Notes: a model not told the origin generated them from the letters alone. A stretch of 62,644 nucleotides of DNA, filler included, from an uncultured Acidimicrobiia bacterium (GCA_964347285.1; 22 parts of 22 records of this genome joined end to end with filler, not necessarily neighbours in it), one strand, 5' to 3'; numbered from the whole stretch's first letter, positions 41,424 through 51,684 are shown. Numbers and translations: made by a program.

Positions 41424-41458
41424 GAGCCGCGGAGAGTCCGAACGACTCTCCGCGGCTC
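41424..41458. terminator. 15-bp perfect hairpin downstream of the coxM-like gene
   Basis: GAGCCGCGGAGAGTC-CGAAC-GACTCTCCGCGGCTC; no long U tract. Confidence 0.6.
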
Positions 41459-41479
41459 TCACCCTTTCCCCCCTGCGGA

Positions 41480-42349
41480 TCAGCCTCCCGCCGCGGCGAA
41501 GGCCGCCGTCAGAGCCCGCTTGGTGAGCACGGTGGCCAGGTGGGTGCGGAACTCCCCGGAGGCATAGAGGTCACCGATCGCCCTCGACAGGGCCTCGGGT
41601 ACCTTGGCCGCCGCGGCGGCGATGGCCTCTTCGGTTGGTGCCACCCCGGTGATCGCCTCCTCGGCTGCCGCGGCCCGCTCCGGCTTCCCGGTCACACCAC
41701 CGACGGCGATGGCCGCCTCGGAGCAGGAGCCACCGTCCATCTTCACGACTGCGGCGACCCCGACGACCGCATAGCTCGACGCCGGGTGACGGTGCTTCAG
41801 GTATGCCCCGCCCCGTCCGGCCCCCATGGCCGGGACCTCGATCGAGGTAATCAGCTCACCAGATTTCAGCGCCGTCGTGAACACGTCGACGAAGAAGTCG
41901 TCGGCGGGGATCGTCCGCTCTCCGTCGCTGCCGGAAACGGTGATGGTGGCACCGAGGGCCCGCATCACCGTCGGGTAGTCGGCCGCCGGATCGGCGTGGG
42001 CCAGGCTTCCTCCCATCGTGCCCTTGTTCCGTACCTGGGGATCGCCGATGTGGGCGGCGGTGTCCGCCAGAACCGGGCAGCTGCTGCGTACCACCTCCGA
42101 CGCGGCCACTGCGGCATGCTTGGCGAGCGCTCCAATCGTGAGAACGTCGCCGTTGCCCTCGATGCCGTCGAGCCCGGGTAAGCGACCCAGATCCACCAAG
42201 GCGGGGGGAGTCGACAGCCGCAGTTTCATGGCGGGGAGCAGGCTGTGGCCGCCGGCCAGCGGCCGGGCCCCCTCCGTGCCGGTAAGGAGGTCGATCGCCT
42301 CGGCCAGCGTCTCCGGTCGGTAATAATCGAACGGAGCCGTCTGCATCAC
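41480..42349 (-). CDS. Molybdenum hydroxylase FAD subunit (CoxM/CutM-like)
   Basis: FDYYRP, LAGGHSLLP.MKLR, IGDPQVRNKGTMGGS.AHADPAAD. Confidence 0.92.
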   Translation of the reverse strand: MMQTAPFDYYRPETLAEAIDLLTGTEGARPLAGGHSLLPAMKLRLSTPPALVDLGRLPGLDGIEGNGDVLTIGALAKHAAVAASEVVRSSCPVLADTAAHIGDPQVRNKGTMGGSLAHADPAADYPTVMRALGATITVSGSDGERTIPADDFFVDVFTTALKSGELITSIEVPAMGAGRGGAYLKHRHPASSYAVVGVAAVVKMDGGSCSEAAIAVGGVTGKPERAAAAEEAITGVAPTEEAIAAAAAKVPEALSRAIGDLYASGEFRTHLATVLTKRALTAAFAAAGG

Positions 42350-43697
42350 GCACCTCCTTTCTGTGCGTCACGTATTGCCCGCCACACCCTCTCCGGGGTG
42401 AGCGGCATGTCGATCTTGGTGACACCGAGCGGAGCGAGGGCATCCATCACTGCGCCGTACACCGTCGCCGTGGATGCGATCGTGCCGGTCTCGCCCACGC
42501 CTTTCACGCCGAGCGGATTCACGTTGGTGGGCGTCTCCGTCTTCCCCAGCTCGAACTTGGGAAGGAACTCGGCCTTGGGGATGGCGTAGTCCATGAGCGA
42601 CCCGGTGACGAGGTTGCCCTGCTCGTCGTAATGGGCCCCTTCCCACAGCGCCTGAGCGGCGCCCTGGGTGATGCCGCCGTGAATCTGACCTTCGACGATC
42701 ATCGGGTTGATGATCCGGCCGCAGTCGTCGACGGCCACATAGCGCTGGAAGTCGATCTCTCCGGTCTCGGGGTCCACCTCCACCTGGGCGATGTGGGTAC
42801 CGAACGGATACACGAAGTTGGCCGGGTTGAAGAACGACGAGGCCTCCAGCCCGGGGTCGACTCCCTCGGGCAGGTCCCAGGCAGTGTTCGCCGCCAGGGC
42901 GATGTCCTGGATCGTCTTGCCTTCTTCGCGTGATCCTTTCACCGAGAACACGCCGTCGCGGAACTCGATGTCCTCCTCGGAGGCCTCGAGCATGTGAGCG
43001 GCGATCTTGGTGCCCTTGTCCTTGATCTGGGCGATGGCCCCCATGATCGCTCCGCTCGCCACCGCCGTGGTGCGGCTTCCGTAGGTGCCCCAGCCCATCG
43101 GGGTCTGGTCGGTGTCGCCGTAGATGACCTCGACGTCCTCGACGGCCAAACCCAGCTGGTCGGCTACCACTTGGGCGAAGGTGGTCTCCTCGCCCTGGCC
43201 GTGGGGACTGACGCCGACCATCAGATTGACCTTTCCCGAAGGGTGGAATCTCACGATGGCGCTTTCCCAAAGCCCCCCGCCGAATCCCACCGCTCCGGCC
43301 ACCTCGGATGGACCGAGTCCGCAGATCTCGGTGTAGGTGACCACGCCGATGCCCACCAGCCGTCCCTGGGCCCGGGCCTCGGACTGCTTCTTGCGGGCCT
43401 CTTCGTAGCCGAACATCTCGAGGGCCCGGTCGAGGGCGCCCTCGTAGTTGCCGGTGTCGTAGATGAGACCGGTGGCCACCTCGTGACCGTCGGTGAACGG
43501 CTCGATGAGGTTGCGCCGGCGCAGCTCGGCGGGATCCATCGACAGCTCCCGGGCCAGGAGATCCATCATCCACTCCACCATGAAGGTGGCCTCGGGGCGT
43601 CCGGCGCCCCGGTAGGCGTCGACCGGCGTTGTGTTGGTGAATACGCCGTACACGTCCTCGTGGATGGCCGGGATCGTGTACGACCCCGACAGCATCA
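42346..43697 (-). CDS. Molybdenum hydroxylase large subunit (form II CoxL-like), 5'-partial
   Basis: AYRGAGRPEA, HGQGEET, GTYGSR, VDDCG..INP..VEGQ.HGG, KGVGE. Confidence 0.92.
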
Positions 43698-43797
43698 NNN
43701 NNNNNNNNNNNNNNNNNNNNNNNNNNNNNNNNNNNNNNNNNTTAATTAATTAANNNNNNNNNNNNNNNNNNNNNNNNNNNNNNNNNNNNNNNNNNNN

Positions 43798-44160
43798 TGT
43801 TGGCCCGGAGGGGATGCCCCAGCGGTGAGGTGAACAGGAAGCCATCGGCCGAGGGTAGTCCCCGATGTGCTGGCCCAGCTCCTGAGCCAGGAAGCGGGGG
43901 ATCGGCACTTGACGCCGGGACGCTTTCGTCTTCGGTGGCCCCACCGACACCCGGCCCTCGACCTCGGTGAGCGTCTGGGTCGCCTCGAGGGACGCCCCCA
44001 GCACGTCGACGCTGTCGAAGGTGAGGGCGGCGGCTTCTCCGAAGCGCAGTCCCCCATAAGCGCCGAGCAGCACCAGTGCCCGATAGCGGGGATGGATGGC
44101 CTCGGCCAGCTTGGACACCTCCTCGGGACTGAGGAAGCGCATCTCGGCGTGGGGGATGGC
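43798..44160 (-). pseudogene. Tyrosine recombinase/integrase catalytic-domain fragment
   Basis: EMRFLSPEEVSKLA...YGGLRFGEAAAL...PKTKASRRQVPIP. The N-terminal domains are absent, and the frame appears to shift near 43850 to (DG)FLFTSPLGHPLR. Confidence 0.8.
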
Positions 44161-44330
44161 ACGGCGGCGGCGATGTTTGGCGCGTTCGGTGGATCGACGG
44201 CGACCGGAGAAGGTCAAAGGAGTTTGCCGACGAAAAGGAAGCTCGGCGTTTTCTTGAGACGCTAGAGGCTGCCGAAGCCTCGGGCGAGCGATTCTCTCGA
44301 CGTATCGAGCGGTTGCTGAGGGGTGAGTGA
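44160..44330 (+). pseudogene. Arm/AP2-like DNA-binding domain ORF lacking a start codon
   Basis: WRVRWIDGDRRRSKEFADEKEARRFLETLE...*; its stop abuts the ATG of the next gene. Confidence 0.55.
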
Positions 44331-44555
44331 ATGATCATCCGAACCAAGCTCAGTCGGCAGGAGGCCGAGAAGTTCGGGGCCGAGGCGTTCGTGGCTGCCG
44401 TCGAGGAATTGATGAAGTACCCCGGCCTGGCAAGGGTGTACTCCGAATGGAACGGCGTCCAGGTCGAACTTCGGCTGGAGGGCGAGTGGGAGGGGCCAGA
44501 GTGGGCCGACCCCGATCCTGGACAAGGGGGTGTCATCGAGGTGATTGATGTGTGA
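44331..44555 (+). CDS. Small acidic phage-like hypothetical protein
   Basis: 74 aa; SD GAGGGG; tightly packed with its neighbours; followed by GAGGTG-led ORF at about 44548. Confidence 0.55.
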   Translation: MIIRTKLSRQEAEKFGAEAFVAAVEELMKYPGLARVYSEWNGVQVELRLEGEWEGPEWADPDPGQGGVIEVIDV

Positions 44556-44860
44556 CACCGCCAAAGTCTCGACGCCACCGCCGAGCGTGGGGTCTTCACG
44601 GCTTCACCCTGGCTCCAGGGTGATTTGGAGGGACATCGTCNNNNNNNNNNTATGCGCTCGGCTGCGATTCACTGCCGGCGAATTCCGAAGACGTGTACCG
44701 CCCACCACCAACAACCAGCCCGTAGACGACCCGTACCGAGCCACCCGTCGCGCGGTTGCGAGAACATGTAGCCTGCGCACGCAATACCGTATTGGGTGAC
44801 CGAGGGCCCGGCGCCGGCGGGGGTTCCGACGGCGAGCGGCTGAGACAGGAGGAAGAGCAT

Positions 44861-45298
44861 ATGACCACGAGGCCGAGTGCTTGGGCGGTCGGCTGGACCG
44901 CGTTCGCTGCGTTCATGATGATCATGCTGGGTATTTGGTGGCTGTTTGCCGGTTTGGTCGCACTCGCCAATGACGAGTTCTACGTCGTCACGCAGGAGTG
45001 GATCTNNNNNNNNNNGTTCGTCTCCGTAGGTCGGAGTGGTCGCGGTGAAGAAGACGTGGTCGCCCACCCGCACTCCGAGCTGTCGCAGACCGGCATCGTC
45101 GTTCTGGTCGCCGGGTTCGCCCTTTTCGCAGGTGAGGTCTGGGCTCGTACCGTCGGCGTGATCTTGGCCGTCTTCTCGGGGCTGGTGGCATTCGGCTGGC
45201 TCCCGTACTACCCGCTGTGGGGTGTGCTGCTCATCGCCGTTTCGATTGCGGTCATCTGGGCGCTCACGGCGCACGGTCGCGACATCACCGCCGCCTAG
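44861..45298 (+). CDS. Small multi-pass membrane protein (interrupted by an assembly gap and foreign sequence)
   Basis: SD AGGAGG; GWTAFAAFMMIMLG...WARTVGV...WLPYYPLW...VIWALTAHG. Confidence 0.75.
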   Translation: MTTRPSAWAVGWTAFAAFMMIMLGIWWLFAGLVALANDEFYVVTQEWIXXXXFVSVGRSGRGEEDVVAHPHSELSQTGIVVLVAGFALFAGEVWARTVGVILAVFSGLVAFGWLPYYPLWGVLLIAVSIAVIWALTAHGRDITAA

Positions 45299-46373
45299 CT
45301 CTGGAACTGACGGAGGTTGTTGACACGGTGAGGTGAGCCTCCCGTGGTTGTGTGGGTGTTGCACAACGCCCGACAACCGCAAGGAGGCTCGTGGTGCACG
45401 CTAACGCTCGTTTGGGTCCGCAGGGTCGCAGGATTCTGTGTGAACGGATTGCGGCTGGTCGGCCGGTCGCCCACGTTGCGGCGGAGATGGGGGTGTCGCG
45501 GTCGACGGCGTATCGGTGGTGGCGCCGCTACCAAGAGGCTGGTGAGGCGGGGTTGGTAGATCGCTCGTCGAGGCCGGGGTCGTGTCCGCACCGCACCCCG
45601 CCCGAGCTCGAGCTTCGGGTGCTGGAGCTACGCCGGGAGCGCAAGTTGGGTCCGGCCCGGATCGGGATGATCCTGGGGATGCCGAGGTCGACGGTGTGGC
45701 GGGTTCTGCGCCGTCATGGGCTGAACCGGTTGCGGTGGATGGACCGTCCCACTGGTGGGGTGATCCGCCGCTACGAACGATCGGCACCGGGCGAGCTGGT
45801 GCACGTGGACATCAAGAAACTGGGCCGCATTCCCGATGGAGGCGGCTGGCGGGCACTGGGCAAGGCCCGGGGCCGACGCAACAGCGGTCGGTATCGGTAT
45901 CGGGTCGGAGGCGGCCACAGGCGTTCCACCCTCGGCTATGGCCACCTCCACGCCGCGGTCGATGACCACACCCGCCTCGCCTACGTCGAAGTCCTCGACG
46001 ACGAGAAGGCCACCACCGCCATCGGGTTCATGCAGCGAGCCGTCGCCTTCTACGCCGACCACGGTATCGATGTGCAGGCCGTCATGACCGACAACGGGTC
46101 CTGTTACCGCAGCACCCTCTTCACCGACACCCTCAACGCAGCCGGCATCAACCACGTTCGTATCCCACCCCGACGTCCGCAACTCAACGGCAAAGTCGAA
46201 CGGTTCAACCGCACCATGCTCGACGAGTGGGCCTACGTCCGCACCTACGACTCAGAACACGAACGCGTGGCCGAACTCGACAACTGGATACACACCTACA
46301 ACCATCACCGACACCACACAGCCATCGGCGGCCCACCCATCACCCGCGTCGCGAACCTACCGGGGCAACACAG
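45299..46373 (+). mobile_element. IS481-family insertion sequence flanked by CTAG duplication
   Basis: Imperfect terminal IRs: left CTCTGGAACTGACGGAGGTTGTTGAC, right (reverse complement) CTGTGTTGCCCCGGTAGGTTCGCGAC. CTAG at 45295-45298 and 46374-46377. Confidence 0.85.
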
Positions 46374-46377
46374 CTAG
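45391..46377 (+). CDS. IS481-family DDE transposase
   Basis: VHANARL, HTH, PGELVHVDIKKLG, VDDHTR, TDNG, NGKVERFNRT; SD AGGAGG. Confidence 0.96.
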   Translation: MVHANARLGPQGRRILCERIAAGRPVAHVAAEMGVSRSTAYRWWRRYQEAGEAGLVDRSSRPGSCPHRTPPELELRVLELRRERKLGPARIGMILGMPRSTVWRVLRRHGLNRLRWMDRPTGGVIRRYERSAPGELVHVDIKKLGRIPDGGGWRALGKARGRRNSGRYRYRVGGGHRRSTLGYGHLHAAVDDHTRLAYVEVLDDEKATTAIGFMQRAVAFYADHGIDVQAVMTDNGSCYRSTLFTDTLNAAGINHVRIPPRRPQLNGKVERFNRTMLDEWAYVRTYDSEHERVAELDNWIHTYNHHRHHTAIGGPPITRVANLPGQHS

Positions 46378-46459
46378 GCCAGGGTCATGACACGGTCTGG
46401 CCGGAGCAGGAAAGGCGGGAGGTAGGCGGGAATGTTGGAGAACGGCAGCACGTCGGGGT
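46374..46459 (-). CDS. C-terminal fragment of a convergent gene ending in the duplicated CTAG
   Basis: PDVLPFSNIPAYLPPFLLRPDRVMTLA*; GC3-rich frame, stop at 46374-46376. Confidence 0.65.
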
Positions 46460-46559
46460 NNNNNNNNNNNNNNNNNNNNNNNNNNNNNNNNNNNNNNNNN
46501 NNNTTAATTAATTAANNNNNNNNNNNNNNNNNNNNNNNNNNNNNNNNNNNNNNNNNNNN

Positions 46560-47704
46560 GCCAGCGGTGCGCCGACCATCTGGCAGGGGCTGTGGGCGAG
46601 CTGGTGGGCCCTCTGGCCGGCAAGCTCGGCACCGGACGGTCCCGCAACGACCAGGTGGCCCTCGACCTGCGCCTCTATCTGCGCCGTGCTGCCCGCGAGC
46701 GGCGACGAGACCTGGCTTCGTTCGCCGCATTGCTCGCCGACGAGGCGGAAGCAGCGGGGCAGACCATCGTCGCTTCTTACACCCATCTTCGCCAGGCTCA
46801 GGCCGTCCCGTTCGCCCACCACCTGCTCGCCCATGCTTGGGCGCTGGTCCGGGACGCCGGACGTTTTGCGGATGCCGAGCGGCGCATCGCGGTTTCCCCC
46901 CTGGGGGCCGGAGCCGGCGGCGGCGGCAGTCTCCCCATCGACCCGGAGCGGGTAGCCGCCGAGCTCGACCTCCCGGCCACCTTCGACAACTCGCTCGACG
47001 CAGTGGCGGCGCGCGACTTCGTCGCCGAGTACGCGTTCTGCTGCGCGCAGGCCCTGGCCGACCTGTCCCGGCTGGCCGAGGAGCTGATCCTGTGGGGGAG
47101 CGAGGAGTTCGGATGGGCTCGCTTTGCCGACTCGGTGACGACCGGGTCGTCGGCCTTGCCTCACAAGCAGAACCCCGACGTGGCCGAGCTGGTGCGGGCC
47201 AAAGCAGCCTCGGTGGCGGGCGATACCGCCGCCCTCCTCGCTCTTCAAAAGGGCTTGCCGCTCGCCTACAACCGGGACCTCCAGGAGGACAAGGAGTTGG
47301 TCTTTCACGCCGACGACGTGCTGGCCGGGGCCCTGGAGGCGATGGCCGCCATGGTGGCCGGCGCCGACTTCCACCCGCCGCCGCCCTCGCCCTGGGTCGG
47401 CGCCCTCGATCTGGCCGAGGCATTGGTAGAGCGGGGGGTGCCGTTCCGGGAGGCCCACCGTGCCGTCGGAACGTTCGTGCGGCGCCTCGACGAGGAGGGC
47501 CGGACTCCGCTCGAGGCCACGGAGGCCGACCTCCAGCAAACCCACGCCGAGTTCCGGTCCGAAGACCTGGAACGGCTCGACCCAGAGGAATCGGTGGCTC
47601 GGCGCCGCTCCCCGGGAGGGGGCTCGGTGGCTTCGGTCCGGGATCAGCTGATCCGGATTCGCCGGGCAGTCGAAGCGCTGGCCCCGGAAGACGGGGACCG
47701 CTAG
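46560..47704 (+). CDS. argH: Argininosuccinate lyase, 5'-partial
   Basis: GRSRNDQ, YTHL..AQ, SPLG.GA, NSLDAV..RDF, TGSSALPHKQNPD, YNRDLQEDK, PFREAH. Confidence 0.93.
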
Positions 47705-48369
47705 ACCGAATATGGGGCGACGAACACCACGGTGGCGGTGTAGTGGAGGGCGCCGGCCGCGATCACCAGTACGTGGAACAGCTCGTGAGCCGAGAAAATC
47801 CGTGGCCACAAGCGGGGCCGGCCGGTAGCCATGAAGACCATGCCCAGGGTGTAGAGCACCCCCCCGCCCGCATAGAAGATCACCGGGGCAACGCCGATGC
47901 GGCGGGCGATCGGCACGACGATCAGCAGTGCCAGCCATCCCAGCGTGGTATGGAGAACGGTCGAGAGCACCTGTTCCCGTCGCGGGAAGAAGGCGTGCTG
48001 CCCGATGCCCACCAGCGCCAGGCCCCAGACGACGGCCAGCGTGGCCCACCTCAGCCATCCGTCCAGGATGATGACGGCCACCGGGGTGTAGGTCGCGGCG
48101 ATAAGGATGAAAATGGCGGAATGGTCCACGCGCTGCATGATCTTCTTGGCCCGCCGCCGCCAGGGGATTGAGTGGTAGAGCGAGCTGGTCAGGAACAAGC
48201 CGACCAGGCCCAGCCCGAATACGGCCAGGGCCGCTCGACTCCAGAATCCGTTGCCCCGCACGATGAGGAACACCAGGCCGACCACGGCGACGATGGCGGC
48301 GGTCCCGTTGAGGAAGCCGCGCACCGGGTTCTGCATCTTGCCGAGGGTGAGGCGCGCCGGGAAGTGCAC
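47701..48369 (-). CDS. Hemolysin III / PAQR family membrane protein (start uncertain)
   Basis: SSLYH, RVDHSAIFILIAATYTP, HELFH. Confidence 0.9.
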   Translation of the reverse strand: MHFPARLTLGKMQNPVRGFLNGTAAIVAVVGLVFLIVRGNGFWSRAALAVFGLGLVGLFLTSSLYHSIPWRRRAKKIMQRVDHSAIFILIAATYTPVAVIILDGWLRWATLAVVWGLALVGIGQHAFFPRREQVLSTVLHTTLGWLALLIVVPIARRIGVAPVIFYAGGGVLYTLGMVFMATGRPRLWPRIFSAHELFHVLVIAAGALHYTATVVFVAPYSV

Positions 48370-48435
48370 GGGCAGGGAGGATACACACCTGTCCCAACTG
48401 TTCGAGGCAAAGAGGTCGCCTACCATGAGTCACCA

Positions 48436-49121
48436 ATGAAGATCCCGAGGCTCCTCACCCGGCCCGTCTACCGGCTCTACGAGGAACGGCTGGTCCGGCA
48501 TCTCGACCGCAGCCGCCTTCCCCGACACGTCGGAGTGATCCTCGACGGCCACCGGCGCTTCGCCCGTGAGGCCCGCCTGCCCGACTACGCCACCGGCTAC
48601 CGGGCCGGCATGGGCAAGTTCGTGGAGTTCCTCGGCTGGTGCCGGCCGCTCGAGATCCCGGCGGCTACCTGCTGGCTGCTGTCCAAGGAGAACCTGGCCC
48701 GCCCCGCAGACGAGCTGGGGCCGTACTTCGAAGTGCTCGAGGAGCTGTTTCGGGGCGACCTTCCGGAAGCGGCCCAACGCCATGGGTTTTCGGTGCGCTT
48801 CATCGGGTCGCTCGACCTGCTACCCGCCTCCCTGGTGACCGCCGCCAAGGAGTTGGAGGAGTCGTGTGCCGGCGGGGAGCGGCGACTGACGATCGCCCTC
48901 GCCTATGGGGGACGCCAGGAGATCGTGGATGCGGTGCGCGATCTCGTCGGCAAACTGGTGGCCGCCGGGGACAGTGCGGCCGACATCGCCGATCACATCG
49001 ACGCCGACGCCATCGCCTCCCATCTGTACACCGCCGACCTTCCCGACCCCGACCTGGTCATCCGCACCAGCGGTGAGAGTCGGCTGTCGGGGTTCCTCCT
49101 GTGGCAGTCGGCCTACGCCGA
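48436..49121 (+). CDS. cis-prenyltransferase (short-chain Z-isoprenyl diphosphate synthase-like), 3'-partial
   Basis: PRHVGVILDGHRR, LSKENL.R, YGGRQEI, PDPDLVIRTSGESRLSGFLLWQ; divergent from the hemolysin III gene. Confidence 0.92.
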
Positions 49122-49221
49122 NNNNNNNNNNNNNNNNNNNNNNNNNNNNNNNNNNNNNNNNNNNNTTAATTAATTAANNNNNNNNNNNNNNNNNNNNNNN
49201 NNNNNNNNNNNNNNNNNNNNN

Positions 49222-50204
49222 CGGGGCGGATTGCGGTCCTCGGCACCTCTGCGGACCGCGATTGCCGATAGCGCCTCCAGGACCACCCGGTTGGCCAGGT
49301 GTGAGGTCATGTGGGCCGGATCGTGCACCGGGGACACCTCGACCACCTCCAGTCCGACGACATCGAGGTCGAGGCAGGCCCTGCGGACCGCCCGGAGCAG
49401 CTCGCGGGGCAGCAACCCGCCCGGCTCGGGGGCGCCGGTGCCGGGCGCCGACATCGGGTCGACCACATCGATGTCGATCGACAGGAACGCCCCGTCGGTC
49501 CCGTCGGCGGCCAGCGTGAACGCGTCGTCGAGGGAAGCGTCGAGACCCCTATCCAGGATGTCGTCCATGAGGTACCACGTCATCCCCTGATCGCGCATCC
49601 AGTGCAGCGTCTCCGGGTCGGGCCAATACCCGCGCAGGCCGAGCTGGATGTAGCGGTCGCCCCGCACCGTCCCCGACTCGATCAAGCGGCGTACCGGCGT
49701 CCCATGCGAGTAGGCGTAGGACACCAGGTTGGAATGGGTGGGCTCGGAATCGGGGTGAGCGTCGAAATGGAGCACCGCGACCCGGCCGGCCCCGTACACG
49801 TCGGCCACTCCGGACACGTCCGGCCAGGCGATGCTGTGATCACCGCCCAGCACGACCGGGATGGCCTCGCTGCCGGTGATCCTGCCTACCGCCTCGCGGA
49901 GGTTGGCGAAGCTCTCCTCCACGTCGGCGGGAGGCATGAACGCGTCTCCGGCGTCGACCAGCCCGAGCGAACCGTGGGGATCCACTCCCAGGGTCAGGTG
50001 GTTGGTGTAGTAGGAATGCGGTGCCCGGATCGCCTGGGGACCGTTGCGGGCCCCGGTCCGGTGGGTGAGGGAGGTGCCGCCGTCGAACGGCGCTCCCAGG
50101 ATCACCGCCTGGGCGTCGGCCAGGCTCGAAGGATCATCCAGGTCGGCCGGGGGCACGTCGTTGAAGGTCACCCCTTGCGGGCCCCACATGATGCGGCGCG
50201 CCAT
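49222..50204 (-). CDS. Agmatinase/ureohydrolase family protein, 3'-partial
   Basis: GAPFD, GGDHS, DAHPD, SHG, SIDIDVVDP..APGTG.PEPGG, EVSP. Confidence 0.92.
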
Positions 50205-50284
50205 TCTCCCGCCACCTCCGGCTGCAGGCCGGATCGTACCCGGCTCGGCCGGGGCCTATCCCGGCGTCGGCAGGCCGACGCCCC

Positions 50285-51196
50285 CTAGGGCTCCCAGAGA
50301 TCGAGGGTGATGGCGGCCACCGTGCCGTCGGCGTCGACGAAGAAATCGACGGTCCACCATTCGATGCAGCTGGCGGCGTCGACGGGAAAGACGCTGACCC
50401 GGCGCAGCTCGGCGACCTCATCCGGAGGAGCCACCGGCACGGCGGCACAGTGATTGTGCGGCCCGATCAGGATGTCGGTGGGGCGGTCTTCGGCGAGCAG
50501 TTCGAGTGCCGAGTAGGGGCCGACCCGGGCCCGGAACGGCTCGAGGTCGACGACCCAGGCGTCGGGGTCGCTCAATTCGGAGGCGGTCCGATCGACCAGG
50601 AGCTCGGTGGCCAGCCCCAAAGAGAGGCCCTCGGCGGCGATGGGAAGAGAAGCGACATCGCCCCCTCCGGCCCGGGCGAAGACCACGAAGGCCTCGACCA
50701 GAGCCAGATCGTCGGCCGTCGGCTCCACCCCCGACGGCGAGCCGGCTACAACCAGGCGATCGCCTTCCAGCCGACCGGTGATCGTGACCGGCTGGTCGGC
50801 CCAGGTCACCCGGCCCTCCGTGGTCAGAGCCACGTCGAGCGCCTCGGGGTTGGTGACCACCATCCACCGCCCCCCGCATTGGGGCGGAAACGACTCCAAC
50901 AGCGCTTCGCACAACAGCATGCCCGCCCCGGTATCGATGAGCATGCCCTGCACCCTCACGTCTCCACCGGGCCGGGTGTCCAGCATGTCGTTCACCGTGA
51001 GCACCTCGGCAGCCGGGGCGGTGGTCGCGGTGGGAGCGACGCCGGTGGTCTCCGTAGGGGTAGTGGTGGCCGTCGTGCTGGTGGTCGGCGGCGAGGTGGT
51101 GGGCGTCGGTTCGGCCGGGCCGCCGTCACCAGCTCCGCAGCTCGCCGCCAGGAGGACCAGGGCGACGAGCCACAACGCGGGTCGGTGATGTCTCAT
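50285..51196 (-). CDS. Lipoprotein of unknown function with Thr-rich linker
   Basis: LAASC lipobox; LCEALLESFPPQCGG domain; C-terminal CIEWWTVDFF domain. Confidence 0.75.
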   Translation of the reverse strand: MRHHRPALWLVALVLLAASCGAGDGGPAEPTPTTSPPTTSTTATTTPTETTGVAPTATTAPAAEVLTVNDMLDTRPGGDVRVQGMLIDTGAGMLLCEALLESFPPQCGGRWMVVTNPEALDVALTTEGRVTWADQPVTITGRLEGDRLVVAGSPSGVEPTADDLALVEAFVVFARAGGGDVASLPIAAEGLSLGLATELLVDRTASELSDPDAWVVDLEPFRARVGPYSALELLAEDRPTDILIGPHNHCAAVPVAPPDEVAELRRVSVFPVDAASCIEWWTVDFFVDADGTVAAITLDLWEP

Positions 51197-51282
51197 GACG
51201 GCATGATGTGCCGTCGGCTTCCGTCGCACCAGGGTCCAAGGGCCCACCGGCGCCGGTTCGCCTGCGCAATGCCGAGCCCGGG

Positions 51283-51452
51283 TCACAGACGCCCTTCGCC
51301 AAAGGCCTCGACCACCTGGTCGGCACGGTTGCGGACCTCGTCCATGTCGGAGAGCCGGTCGAGAGTGGCGTACTGGCGGGCCAGCCGCACGTTGTCGCCC
51401 AGCCGGCCCCGATGGCGATCGAGAAAGTCCCAGTACAGGGTGGTGAAGGGAC
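51283..51452 (-). CDS. Cryptochrome/(6-4) photolyase (PhrB/CryB-like), C-terminal fragment
   Basis: PFTTLYWDFLDRH...L..N.R. Confidence 0.75.
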
Positions 51453-51552
51453 NNNNNNNNNNNNNNNNNNNNNNNNNNNNNNNNNNNNNNNNNNNNTTAA
51501 TTAATTAANNNNNNNNNNNNNNNNNNNNNNNNNNNNNNNNNNNNNNNNNNNN

Positions 51553-51646
51553 CGATGTATTCGTCGACCTGCTCCCGCTCATAGCCCCGCAGGACGGAGC
51601 GGAACTCGGGTCGATCGTCCGGACCGGTTTCGATCTCGTTGCTCAT
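51553..51646 (-). CDS. DivIVA-domain protein, N-terminal fragment
   Basis: PEFRSVLRGYEREQVDEYI. Confidence 0.75.
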
Positions 51647-51684
51647 CGGGGGTAAAGATACCGGCCCGGAGTCGCGAAAACGCG

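Noticed and set aside
46560..46640. ArgH KLGTGRSRNDQ (His missing) and odd upstream residues
   Set aside because: Adjacent to the contig edge and possibly chimeric; not interpretable without reads.
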